A stretch of 42,813 bases of DNA. It comes from a virus. Taxonomy: Duplodnaviria > Caudoviricetes. Numbering within the stretch: position 1 is the first letter of the stretch; each line of letters starts with the position of its first letter. Below, piece by piece: positions 27,972 through 38,100 of the stretch. The stretch lies in IMG/VR virus record IMGVR_UViG_3300037307_000101, positions 1 to 42,813 of that record; one strand, written 5' to 3'. The notes beneath the pieces are model-generated. The model made no database searches and was not told the DNA's origin. It saw only the letters and a program-made list of their open reading frames with translations. The position numbers were made by a program, and so were the translations under genes.

Positions 27972-28829
27972 ATGGGCTTCCTTGATGACATATTCGGTGC
28001 GTCGAACCAGAAGACCAAGACCACCAGCACCACCACGACAGAGTTGCCGGAATGGGTCGATAAGGCGGCGCAGGCCAACTACAAGACGGCGGCCAACATC
28101 GCCTCGAGGCCGTACACCCCGTATCCCTTCCAGCGCCTTGCGGGCTTCACGGGCGACCAGAACACGGCCATGGGCATGCTGCGCGATTACGCGCCCAAGG
28201 CCCTTGGCAATTCCGAAAAATTCGGCGTGCCGCGGCTGATCGACGACATTGGCGCGGGCGGGTCCATTCAGGCTTACATGAGCCCCTACATCGACAACGT
28301 GCTCGACCGCACGCAGCAGCGGATCAGACAGGCCACCGACATGGGCCGCCAGTGGACTTCCAACGCCGCGGCGCATCAGGCCGGCGCGTTCGGTGACGCG
28401 CGCCACGGCATTGCCGACGCCCAGATCGAGGAAAAGGGCATTCAGGCCATGGGCGACGCCGCGGCAGAGGCCTATGCCAGCGCCTACGACAATGCCCAGG
28501 CGCTGCGGCAGTTCGATATCCGGAACCTCTTTGACACGCAGTCCATGAACGCCCAGCAGCAGCAGCAACTCATGGAGTACATCGACGCGCTCTACCGCTC
28601 GGGCTCGAACCAGCAGTCTCTCGCGCAGCAGTCCATGCGGCTGGGTTACGAAGACTTCCTGCGCCAGCTCAACTATCCCGTCGAGCAGTTCAATCTGCTC
28701 GTCTCAGGGCTCAACCAGTCGCCCTACAACACGACCACGACGTCCACGAACACGACCAACACGCCAGGCCCGTCCACGGCCGGACAGATCCTAGGCACCA
28801 TCGGCAATCTCGCCAGCCTGTTCCTCTAG
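27972..28829 (+). CDS. DNA-transfer / pilot ejection protein
   Basis: MGFLDDIFG...TTTTELPEW, YMSPYIDNV, AGAFGDARHGI and a hydrophobic Gly-rich C-terminus, typical of podovirus ejection proteins. Confidence 0.7.
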   Translation: MGFLDDIFGASNQKTKTTSTTTTELPEWVDKAAQANYKTAANIASRPYTPYPFQRLAGFTGDQNTAMGMLRDYAPKALGNSEKFGVPRLIDDIGAGGSIQAYMSPYIDNVLDRTQQRIRQATDMGRQWTSNAAAHQAGAFGDARHGIADAQIEEKGIQAMGDAAAEAYASAYDNAQALRQFDIRNLFDTQSMNAQQQQQLMEYIDALYRSGSNQQSLAQQSMRLGYEDFLRQLNYPVEQFNLLVSGLNQSPYNTTTTSTNTTNTPGPSTAGQILGTIGNLASLFL

Positions 28830-28838
28830 GAGGTTTTC

Positions 28839-31274
28839 ATGCCCGCAGTATCCGGCAAGGCCACCAGCACCACCAGCACCACTCCCAAGTCCTCCACAAC
28901 CCAAGCCACCAACAACGTCACGGGCTCCACAGGCAATCAGGGGTCCACTTCCAGCGGTGGTGCTCCCGCTGGCGGAGCCCCAAAGAGCGGCGCCGGCACC
29001 GGATCGGTTGCCTCATCCAAGGGCCCAGGCGCATCGCAGGCGGCGGCCAAGGCGAGCGCGGCAGGCGCCCCAAAATCGTCCGCTCCCGGCACTGGCGCGA
29101 CCGGCAAACAGGGCTCGCCCACCGGCAGCGGCGTCATCGGCTCCAAAGGCGGCGGCGCGTCGACACAGCAGCCCGGCGCGGGCGGCCTCATGCGCGGCGG
29201 CGGCCCCGTCAGCCCAATGACGAACGACTACAGCAAGGCCGTCAACCAGCTGAACCGGCCTACCGCTGGCGGCAATGTCCCACCGGCCACGCCGAAGACC
29301 GGCGTCGGGCAGGGCTTCATCAACAAGTATTCATCCCCTATTGGGCCGCAGAAGCCCGCCGCGCCGCAGGCGCCGACCGCAGGACGTAGCGCCGTCGTGC
29401 CGACCGCCCCGCCTCAGAAGCCCGGCATTCTTGGCAACAAGTACGCTTCCCCCATCGGGCCGCAGAAGCCCGTCACGCCCGGCTCGCCCCTTGTCAATCC
29501 AAACATGCCGGATTCGGTGAAGAAGGCGCTGGCGGAAAGGGGCTTCAACCCCGACGGCACGCGCATGGACAAGGGCATCGTCGCCGACAAGTACCGCTAT
29601 CCGATCGGGCCGACGTTCCTCTCGGACGAAGGCAACATCCCGTGGAACAAGACGCCTCAGAAGCAAGTGAGCGTCACGCCCGGCCCCATGACGCCGTCGA
29701 TGCCGCAGACCCCGAAGGTCGTTCGCCCCGGCCAACTCACCGACGAGGGATCGCTCCCGGATCTACCGGGCATTCAGCGGGTGCTTTCCGGCCTCGTGGA
29801 CAGCATCTTGGGGCCTCCGAGCGTGCCCGCGCCCATGCAGATGAGGCCGGGCTTCCAGTTCGGCAATCCGCAGGCGGACATTCCCGGCCTGACGTACCAA
29901 GGCGACCAGCCTTCCGGCCCCCTCATGGGCATGCAGCCGACGGCTCCCAACCTTGCGCAGGCGATTTCCGGCGAGGTGCCTACCTTTACCGGCCCGCGCG
30001 CGGGCACAGCTCCGCCGGCCAACATGCCGAACGTGCTTGCCACCGATCCCGTCCGGATGGCGCAGCTCGCCAATCTTGTGCAGAAGGCACAGACGGGCCA
30101 GTTGCTGGGCTCCTATGCGCCAGCACAGGCCCCGGCGAAGCAGTTCACGGACCGCGTGCCGCAGGCTTCCGGCCTGCCGCCTGCTACGGGAGAAGAGCGC
30201 ATCGGCGCGGCCCCCGCTGGCAGCTACAGCTTCCCGACCTTCAACATGACCGACAACATGCTTGATCGCGCCTTGTCAGAGGTTCAGCAGAACGGTTTCC
30301 TCAACCCGGCTCCGGATACACCATCACGCGCGCCCGCCGCGCCTGGTCCGGTAACGGGCATCACCTACCAAGGCCGCGGCGTGGGCGATGCGCCAACCGG
30401 TGCTGACATCGCGGGCGTGGGGAATGAGGCCACCGCCCCCGCCAGTATGCAGAAAAGCTACACCGTCCAGCGCGGCGACACCCTGTCCAAGATCGCCAGC
30501 AAGAACGGAACGACGGTCAAGGCCATCGCCAAAGCGAACGGCATTAAGAACCCGAACGCCATCAAGCCGGGCCAAAAACTCAGCATTCCGACGAACGCAA
30601 GCGTCCAGCCCATGGGCGGCACCGCGTTCAGCGACCCGAGTATGGTCAATCAGCGGCTGGGGCTCGTGTCGTTCAGCGCCTTGGCTGACGAAAACGCAGA
30701 GATCCCCGGCATGCTGGGGACCAGCATCGGTTCGCCCAGCCTCGATCAGTACGGCAACGTCGGCGGCGAAGTCGTCGGCACGCTGGGCAATCGCGGCATT
30801 CGCCAGAATGCAGCCATCGCGCCCGCTTCCCCCCAGGCGTCGACTTCGCCCTCGCAACAGGGCGACATGGAAGCCCCCTCGCAGCAGTACGACGGCGGCC
30901 CCGACGAGAATCCGTCTCAGGACGCCAGCGCGCCGGAAGGCGTGCGCCAGCACTACAACCGCTACAAGTACGAAAAGGAACGGCTCAAGGGTGAGCTGAA
31001 GGACGGCGTCATGAGCACGCCGGGCCGGGTGGCGCAGGCCATCCGCGACGGCGATTTCCGGAATTACAACGGCGCGGGCAACTTCCCCGCCGATCGCAGC
31101 AATTTCGGAATTCTGCCACAGGGCCAGCCTTATGCCGGTGCGCCGCAGTCGTCGGGCGGTTCTTCCTCCTACAACGATCTCGTGGCCAGGCTGATTGCCG
31201 CGCTCGAGCAGCAGGGCATTCTGCCCGGCGGTACTCCGAGCCAGTCGGATCTTGTGTTGAGAACTTTTGTCTGA
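28839..31274 (+). CDS. Low-complexity Pro/Gly-rich protein with one LysM domain
   Basis: LysM YTVQRGDTLSKIASKNGTTVKAIAKANGIKNPNAIKPGQKLSIP at about 30459-30590; AGGAGG RBS. Confidence 0.8.
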   Translation: MPAVSGKATSTTSTTPKSSTTQATNNVTGSTGNQGSTSSGGAPAGGAPKSGAGTGSVASSKGPGASQAAAKASAAGAPKSSAPGTGATGKQGSPTGSGVIGSKGGGASTQQPGAGGLMRGGGPVSPMTNDYSKAVNQLNRPTAGGNVPPATPKTGVGQGFINKYSSPIGPQKPAAPQAPTAGRSAVVPTAPPQKPGILGNKYASPIGPQKPVTPGSPLVNPNMPDSVKKALAERGFNPDGTRMDKGIVADKYRYPIGPTFLSDEGNIPWNKTPQKQVSVTPGPMTPSMPQTPKVVRPGQLTDEGSLPDLPGIQRVLSGLVDSILGPPSVPAPMQMRPGFQFGNPQADIPGLTYQGDQPSGPLMGMQPTAPNLAQAISGEVPTFTGPRAGTAPPANMPNVLATDPVRMAQLANLVQKAQTGQLLGSYAPAQAPAKQFTDRVPQASGLPPATGEERIGAAPAGSYSFPTFNMTDNMLDRALSEVQQNGFLNPAPDTPSRAPAAPGPVTGITYQGRGVGDAPTGADIAGVGNEATAPASMQKSYTVQRGDTLSKIASKNGTTVKAIAKANGIKNPNAIKPGQKLSIPTNASVQPMGGTAFSDPSMVNQRLGLVSFSALADENAEIPGMLGTSIGSPSLDQYGNVGGEVVGTLGNRGIRQNAAIAPASPQASTSPSQQGDMEAPSQQYDGGPDENPSQDASAPEGVRQHYNRYKYEKERLKGELKDGVMSTPGRVAQAIRDGDFRNYNGAGNFPADRSNFGILPQGQPYAGAPQSSGGSSSYNDLVARLIAALEQQGILPGGTPSQSDLVLRTFV

Positions 31275-31282
31275 GGTGAGCG

Positions 31283-32143
31283 ATGGCCGGCATTGATGAC
31301 CTGATTTCGACATTCATCGGGCAGACCCAGCAGGGGCTCAACGCGCCTCCTGCACCGTGGCAGCAGGAATTGCTTGAGACGGTGAACCCCGAGAAGGTAA
31401 GGCGGCAGAACATCGCCCGCGCGCTGGCGCAGGCCTCGACCGCGATGGCGACCACGCCGGGCAACTTCCTTGCGGGCGTCTCGAGTGCCGCTGCGACGGG
31501 TGCTGACGCCTACCTCACCGCCAAGGATCAGGCGGAAGACCAGCGCATGAAGGTGCAGCAGCTCGTCCAGATGGCCCAGCAGAAGGACCAGGACCGGCGC
31601 CTATCGCTCCTCATGGACGCCATTGGCGTGCAGCGGAACCAGATCCAGGACAAGCGGCAGGCCGAGAGCCACACCGTCGGCCTTGAGCGCGACAAAGCCT
31701 ATACCGACTATTACAAGCGGCGCGGCGTCGATGAGGAGGGAGGATCAATCCTCAACGCCAATCAGCGCCGTGTTGCCAAGCAGAGCATTCTTTCCGGGCT
31801 CGATCGCACCGAAAAAGCTCTTCGCAACCCGCAGGGCAATCAGCCGTGGCTCGACGAGGACCAGATCCAGCAGCGCCTCGCCGAGGAGCAGGATCGCCTT
31901 GAGCGGATCTACGGCGTGCGCCTCATGGATGAAGAGCCATCGAACGCTGTGCAAAATCCCTCGCCCCAAGTTGTCCAGCCGAGGAAGACGGACCAGGTTG
32001 TCCAGAAGGGCGGCGCGACGGGAAAGAAACCGGCGCCCGCTGAAATCCTCCGTCAGGCACAAGACGCAATTGCCAAGGGTGCCGACCCTGCCGCAGTGCA
32101 CCAACGCCTGATCGACAACGGCTACGACGCATCAGGAATCTAG
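31283..32143 (+). CDS. Putative ejection protein
   Basis: Ala/Gly hydrophobic segment followed by a Q-rich coiled coil; lies between the ejection genes and the giant gene. Confidence 0.6.
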   Translation: MAGIDDLISTFIGQTQQGLNAPPAPWQQELLETVNPEKVRRQNIARALAQASTAMATTPGNFLAGVSSAAATGADAYLTAKDQAEDQRMKVQQLVQMAQQKDQDRRLSLLMDAIGVQRNQIQDKRQAESHTVGLERDKAYTDYYKRRGVDEEGGSILNANQRRVAKQSILSGLDRTEKALRNPQGNQPWLDEDQIQQRLAEEQDRLERIYGVRLMDEEPSNAVQNPSPQVVQPRKTDQVVQKGGATGKKPAPAEILRQAQDAIAKGADPAAVHQRLIDNGYDASGI

Positions 32144-32146
32144 CGC

Positions 32147-35100
32147 ATGACGATGTTCGACGACCTGATCCCGAAGGGCAACAGCGCTTCGGGTGGAGGA
32201 GGCATGTTCGACGACCTGATCCCGCAGGCGCAGGAGCCCGGCTTCGGTGACTATGCGTCGGAATTCGGCAGGGCCACCGTGCGTGGCGTTGGCGGCACGA
32301 CCGCAGCCATGGGCCGTGGCGCAAGCATTCTGACCTCCGACACCGCCGCTGAAATCGCCCGCGTCGAGGACGGTCTTGCCCGTCTCAATCAGATGTCGCC
32401 GGAAGAGGCGACGGCATTCGTCCGCTCTCTCCCGCAGAAACTCTCTCCCGCCGTGGCCTTCAACTATGGCGCGGCGGCACGTCTTCTGTGGAAGGGCGAC
32501 AAGCAGGGCGCGCAGTCCTACCTCGACACCGCCCGTAAATACACCGACACCACGCCGGTCAAACAGCAGGAACTGTTCAAGGGCGCCAAGCAGCTCGAGG
32601 AGGCGACCAATCGGGCCTTCCCGCAGGACCCCCGGTTCAAGGGTTCAGTCACGTCCGACGTCGGCCAGGCGCTGGGCAGCACGGCGGCATTCCTGCCTAT
32701 CGGCATCCTCACGGGCGGAACCGGCGTTGCCTGGACCGGTGCGGCCGCAGGCGCCGATCAGACCTATCAGGAAGCCCAGCAGGATCTGGGCCGTATGCAG
32801 CGCGACCGGCTCAACACCGGCACAGAAGCCTATGGCGACGAGGCCGAGCTCAAGGCGTTGCAGGCTGGCCGTCTGGGCGCTCTGCCCGGCGCGTCCGAAG
32901 TCGTGCCGATCGAATCATTTCTCGACCAGATGCCGAAGTTTATCCCCGGTCTGCGCACCGTGGCCAACACGCCGGCATGGGGCCGCTTTGCCAAGGCCTT
33001 TGGCCGGATCGGGACACAAGTCGCCGCGGAAGGCGGGCAGGAAGCTTTCCAGACATGGGCGTCGAACGTCATCAACAGGATCACCGTCGACCCGTCTCAG
33101 GAAGTCACCGAGGACGTGCTCTACAACGCGCTCATCGGCGGCGCTGTCGGCGGCGGCATGCAAGTCGGCATGGAAGGTTACGACGCCGCGTTCGGCAAGC
33201 CCGCCCCCGCGCCCCCGCCGCCGGGCCCGCAACCCGGCACGGCACGGCAGGAACCGCGCCTCTTCGATGACCTGATCCCGCCGTCGAGCGCGCCGGGCGC
33301 ACCTCCGCCCGGACCGGCTGCACCGCCAACCGCCCCCGCCGCCCCCTATGTCGACGACGCCGCGTGGCTCCTGGGCGCTGGCTGGTCGCCCGAACAGATC
33401 GACGACATGAACCCCGAGGAGCGCGCCGCAGCCGCCGAGGAAGCCCGCGCGCAGGGCGTGGAGCCCGTCGACATGATGGCCGGTGCTCCGGAGCCCGGAA
33501 CCGCCCCAATGGCTCCACGGGGCACGCGCAGGGCACGGCAGCCCATCCAGACCCCGGAAGACCTCGAGGCGGTGCGCCCGGTCGTCAATACGGAGCCGTC
33601 GGAAGCGCAAAAGGCGGCAAACAACTACCAGAAAGCGCATGTTCGGATAGCAGGCCTCAACGTCTCGATCGAGACCCCTCGTGGCTCCGTTCGCCGCGGC
33701 AAGGACCCGGATACCGGCAAGGATTGGGAATCGCCGAAGCTCCGGGCGGATTACGGATACATCCGCGGCAGCACCGGCAAGGACGGCGACCAGGTGGACG
33801 TCTACATCGGCCCAAACCCGCAGGCGCAGACCGTCTATGTCATCGACCAGATGGACCTCAAGACGGGCCGTTTCGATGAACATAAAGCGGTACTTGCCGC
33901 CAATTCCTTGGGTGAGGCCGTTGACCTGTATGTCAACAGCTTCGACAACCCGACGCTCGACCGCATCGGCGACGTCACCGAAATGTCGGTCGACGAATTC
34001 CGCCAGTGGGTGAAGGACGGCAAGGCAACCAAGCGCCCGGCGGCCAAGGCCGGGATCGGCACGGTGACGCCGAATACCCCGGAACCCGTCACAAGCGTCA
34101 CTCCTCCCCGCCAGCGCCCGCCGCGCAGCGCGCCTGTCCCCTCCACGACGCAGAATTACACCATTGACAATCCGCTGGGTTATGACGGCCCTGTCGACGT
34201 CCAGTTGACCATCCGCGAGGACGGAAACGCCTTCATCAAGACCCCTGACGGCGAAATCCTCGACGTCGGCGGTATGGTCAAGGCGGGCTTTTCTCCCGAG
34301 AGGATCGTGGCCCAGACGATGGGCGACCATCCGGATGGTGCCGAGCCCGACCTGTCCAAGGTGCGCCCGGCCGTCAATGACCGGAATACTCCCGAGAGTA
34401 TTTCGGACATTCCGGCAGAAACCGTACAAAACGTACAAAACCCGCCCGACGAGTTCGACGCGGCCTTTGCCGAGGGCATGGGGCAGTATTTCGGCGCCAC
34501 CCCCGAAGGGGTCTATCGGAATCCCGATACACCCCCCGACACCTCCGCCGCCGATCGCGCGTTCGACGACTTCATCAACACCAAGAAGCCCCTCACCCCC
34601 GAGGCCTTCGCCAAGCATGCCGGCATCGACGTCAAGGAGGCCGGGCAGGCGCTGCAGCGCGCCTATGGCAAGGGCCGGATCATCCAGGACCGGAACGGCA
34701 ACCTCCGCCGCAAGCGCACGTTCGAGGGACCCTTCGACGTCCTGACGTGGGTTGCCAGCATCGGCGGCGTCAGGGACGACGGCGGCGAGCTCCGCGGCAT
34801 GGACCTTGGCAAGGTCATGACGACGCTTGGCCCCGTCCTCCGCAACCGCACCGGCATGTCCCTCGACGATCTCCGCGTCCGCATGCTCGAGGAGGGCATC
34901 CTGCAAGATCGCGGCTGGAACACCGATCAGCCGCAGGAGACGACCACGGCCGACGTGATCGAGGTCCTTCGCAACGCCATCGGCCAGAAGGTCTATGCCC
35001 CGCAGGATCAGGCCGCGGCCGACGCCCGCGAGACGGCCCGGCGCAACGAGAACATGCCGGAAGACTGGCAAGATCTGCACCCGGTCGAGCAGCGCTACGG

Positions 35101-38100
35101 CCCCGAGGTGTGGAGCGCCATTCAGGGCTTTTTTACCGAGAGCGGCACCACCGAGGAACTGTGGAGCCAGCAGGAGGTGGATGACGCCGCCGAACTTGTG
35201 GCCGCCGGCATGGACGCCGATTCCGCGTTCGAGCGCGCGGCGATCATGAACGTCGAGCGCGAGCCCGACGAGATCATCATCGACCCCGCCATGGAGGCGG
35301 CCTTCCGCAAGAACAATCCCAATGTTATGGTGACCTTCGACGTGCCGCCGTTCCCCGACGTGGAGACTGAAGCCAATGCAGTTCAGCAGCAAGGATCACC
35401 AGAAGAGGGCGATGGCGTTCGGACGGCTGGCGCGGATGGCGACGCTTCCGGAGACGAAGGACAGGCTGCAGAAGAGCCAACAGAAGTTCGAGGCGCTGGC
35501 GAGGCAGGCACAGAAGCAGGAAGCGAAGAGTTCGCAGACGAAGGCGTAGAGGATCAGGGGCCATTTGGCCCCGTTTTTTATGGCTACGAAGGCCGCTGGC
35601 AGGAAGCCGCTCTCAAGCTGGAAGAGGCGCAGACCGGCAAGGCCCCCGGCGCGCTGTCTCACCCCGCTGTTGGCCCTATTGCTCTCGTATGGGGCGAAGA
35701 GGGCAGCAGCCGCAGCGATGGTTATGGCCTTGCCAAGATTATCGCATGGCACCCGGAGGTGCTGGGGGATTTGCAGGGCGCCATAGACCGCATGGAGGTC
35801 ACGTCTCGCAGCGAAAACCGCATCCAGCTTGCGAGCAAGGAAGACAAGGCGGCGGTCCGGCTGGATTGGGACGGCCAACAGAATGTCTGGCTCATCAGCG
35901 CCTTCAAGAAAAATGCGCCGCGTCGCACAGAGAAGTTTACAGGCAGTCTCAGTGACTTGTTGGCGGGACTGGCTCAACCCGACCGGCGCGGCGATGAAGA
36001 TATAGGACAAGACGACGCCGCTGACAACGGTGCTACCCCTACCACCGAGCAGGGCGCCGACAACAAGCCGCAGACCGTCCTCCCCGGCGCCGAGCAGGCG
36101 AGCCCGGACCAGGTCAAGGGCGCGAAGCTCTCCGACGCCGCGCAGAAGGAGATCGAGATCCGCAAGCGCCAGTCCAAGCTGCGCAAGGGCGGCCAGAAGG
36201 GCGTTGACGAGCAGGCGGGCGGCCTGTTCGAGGAGAAGCCGCAGGGCCTCTTCGACGCGCCGCAGGAGCAGGCACCGACGGATGAGTTCGACGCCGCGTT
36301 CAAGGAGGGCATGGTGCAGCAGTTCGGGGAGGAGGAGTCTGCGGCCGCGCCTACCGCATCATGGGCCGAAGCTCTCGACCCCCTGCAGCAAAACAAGGTC
36401 AATAGCCCGGCGACCGGGCTCAAATACGGCCTCATGCAGGAAATCACGTTGGGCCAGCCCGGCGCCGACGGCGTCGTCGCACAGGTTTACGAGCCCAATC
36501 GGGACGGATGGTACAGCCGTATTGGCCCTGTTGACGGTTTCCGCACCCGCGAAGAGGCCGTTGCCGCCATCTTGGAGCACGACGCCAAGCAGAAACCCGT
36601 AAAGGCCAAGCCCAGCAGGGCCCCCAAATCCGCCGGCAAGGCCGCCGCTTCCGCCGTCAAGAACACGGCCATGGGCCTCGACGAGGTATTCAACGGCCTC
36701 TCCGCCCTATTCGGCGACAAGGACAAGCTGTCGTCGGGCTTCACCTTCGACGAGGATCGTTACCGCCAGGCGCTGCCGTTCTTCAAGGCGGGCGTGGCCC
36801 ACTTCAAGGAGGCGGGCCGGAACGTTAGGGAAATGGTTCTCGCCCTGATCGGCCACCTCGCCAAGGCGGGCATGACCGCGCCCCAGATCGAGAGCATGAA
36901 GCCCTATTTGCGGCGGTTCACGGAAGATGTAATATCAGGCAAGGAAAGTCTCAGCGATGGACCAGCAGACGAGAACACTGGCGATTTGGGCCAAGACGGA
37001 ATCGGCCCGGATAGCGGAGGATTGGCCCCCGGGGAACCGGGCGGAGCGGGAGCTGATCCAGCATTGGAGAACAGCGCGCCCGAAGATGGTAAGCCGCCTG
37101 CAGGAAACCGGCGCCCTCGCGCCCCTCGCTCACGTCCTTCATCACAAGATGATCGAGGCCCTGCATCGGAACCGGGCAGCGGGAATGCCCCCGACGGACG
37201 CCCGGGAGGAAGCGGAAAAGGACTGGCTTCTGAGGGAACCGGAGACGGAGGACCAGGAGCAGAACCAGAGCCCCTCGCCACTCGCCCGAATTATTTCATC
37301 AATGACCCCGAGCAACTGATCGGCGGCACGCCGAAGGTTCGCTTCGCCAAGAACCGCAAGGCCATCGAAGCCTTCCGCGCGATTTCCGAAGAAGGCCGCG
37401 AGCCCACCCAGGAAGACCTCGACGCCATGGCGTCCTATATCGGCTGGGGCTCTTTCGGCCAGGAGTTGTTCCAAGGCTCATGGGCCCGGCCCATGCCCAA
37501 GGACGGCTGGGAGAAGGAAGACGCATGGCTCCGTGATCATCTTGGACAAGATGAATGGGAGAGCGCGCAACGCTCGATCATCAACGCTCACTACACCGAT
37601 CCCCCGACCGTCACGGCCATGTGGGACATGGTGCGCGCCATGGGCTTCACGGGCGGTCGTATCCTCGAGCCGTCCATGGGCATCGGCAATTTCTTCGGCC
37701 TCATGCCGCGCGAGATCATGCAGAAGTCGGACCTGACGGGCATCGAGATCGACCGGCTGACCGGCGGCATGGCAAAGCTGCTCTATCCGCAGGCGAACAT
37801 CCAGATCAAAGGCTATCAGGATTCCAAGACCCCGGACGGCTTCTATGATCTTGTCATCGGCAACTGGCCTTTTGCCGCGGATGGCCCGTCGGATCGCCGC
37901 TACGACAAGCTCTCCCCGACGCTGCATGATTACTTCTTCATCAAGGCTCTCGACCAGGTGCGCGTCGGCGGCCTTGTCGTCGGCATCACGTCGTCGGGCT
38001 CCATGGACAAGGTTGGCCGCAGCGCCCGCGCCGCCATGGAAGAACGCGCGGATCTGGTGGCCTCCTTCCGCCTGCCGTCCGGAGCCTTCGAGAAATACGC

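Noticed and set aside
34335-34745. Third nested +1 ORF in the giant gene
   Set aside because: It has S/T/R/P-rich shadow composition, and the host frame keeps normal codon bias over most of it.
32915-35392. 825-aa minus-strand ORF, and similar long ones at 39773-41362, 10628-12283 and 9060-10352
   Set aside because: Antisense shadows of GC3-rich + strand genes, with no recognisable motifs or RBS.
35909-35993. Calling the antisense RNA a true tRNA
   Set aside because: It has no T-arm GTTCRA, no canonical cloverleaf and no CCA, so it is kept only as a structured RNA candidate.
35396-36010. 204-aa minus-strand ORF as the product of the antisense promoter
   Set aside because: Its start codon lies inside the promoter spacer, upstream of the predicted transcription start, and its composition is shadow-like.
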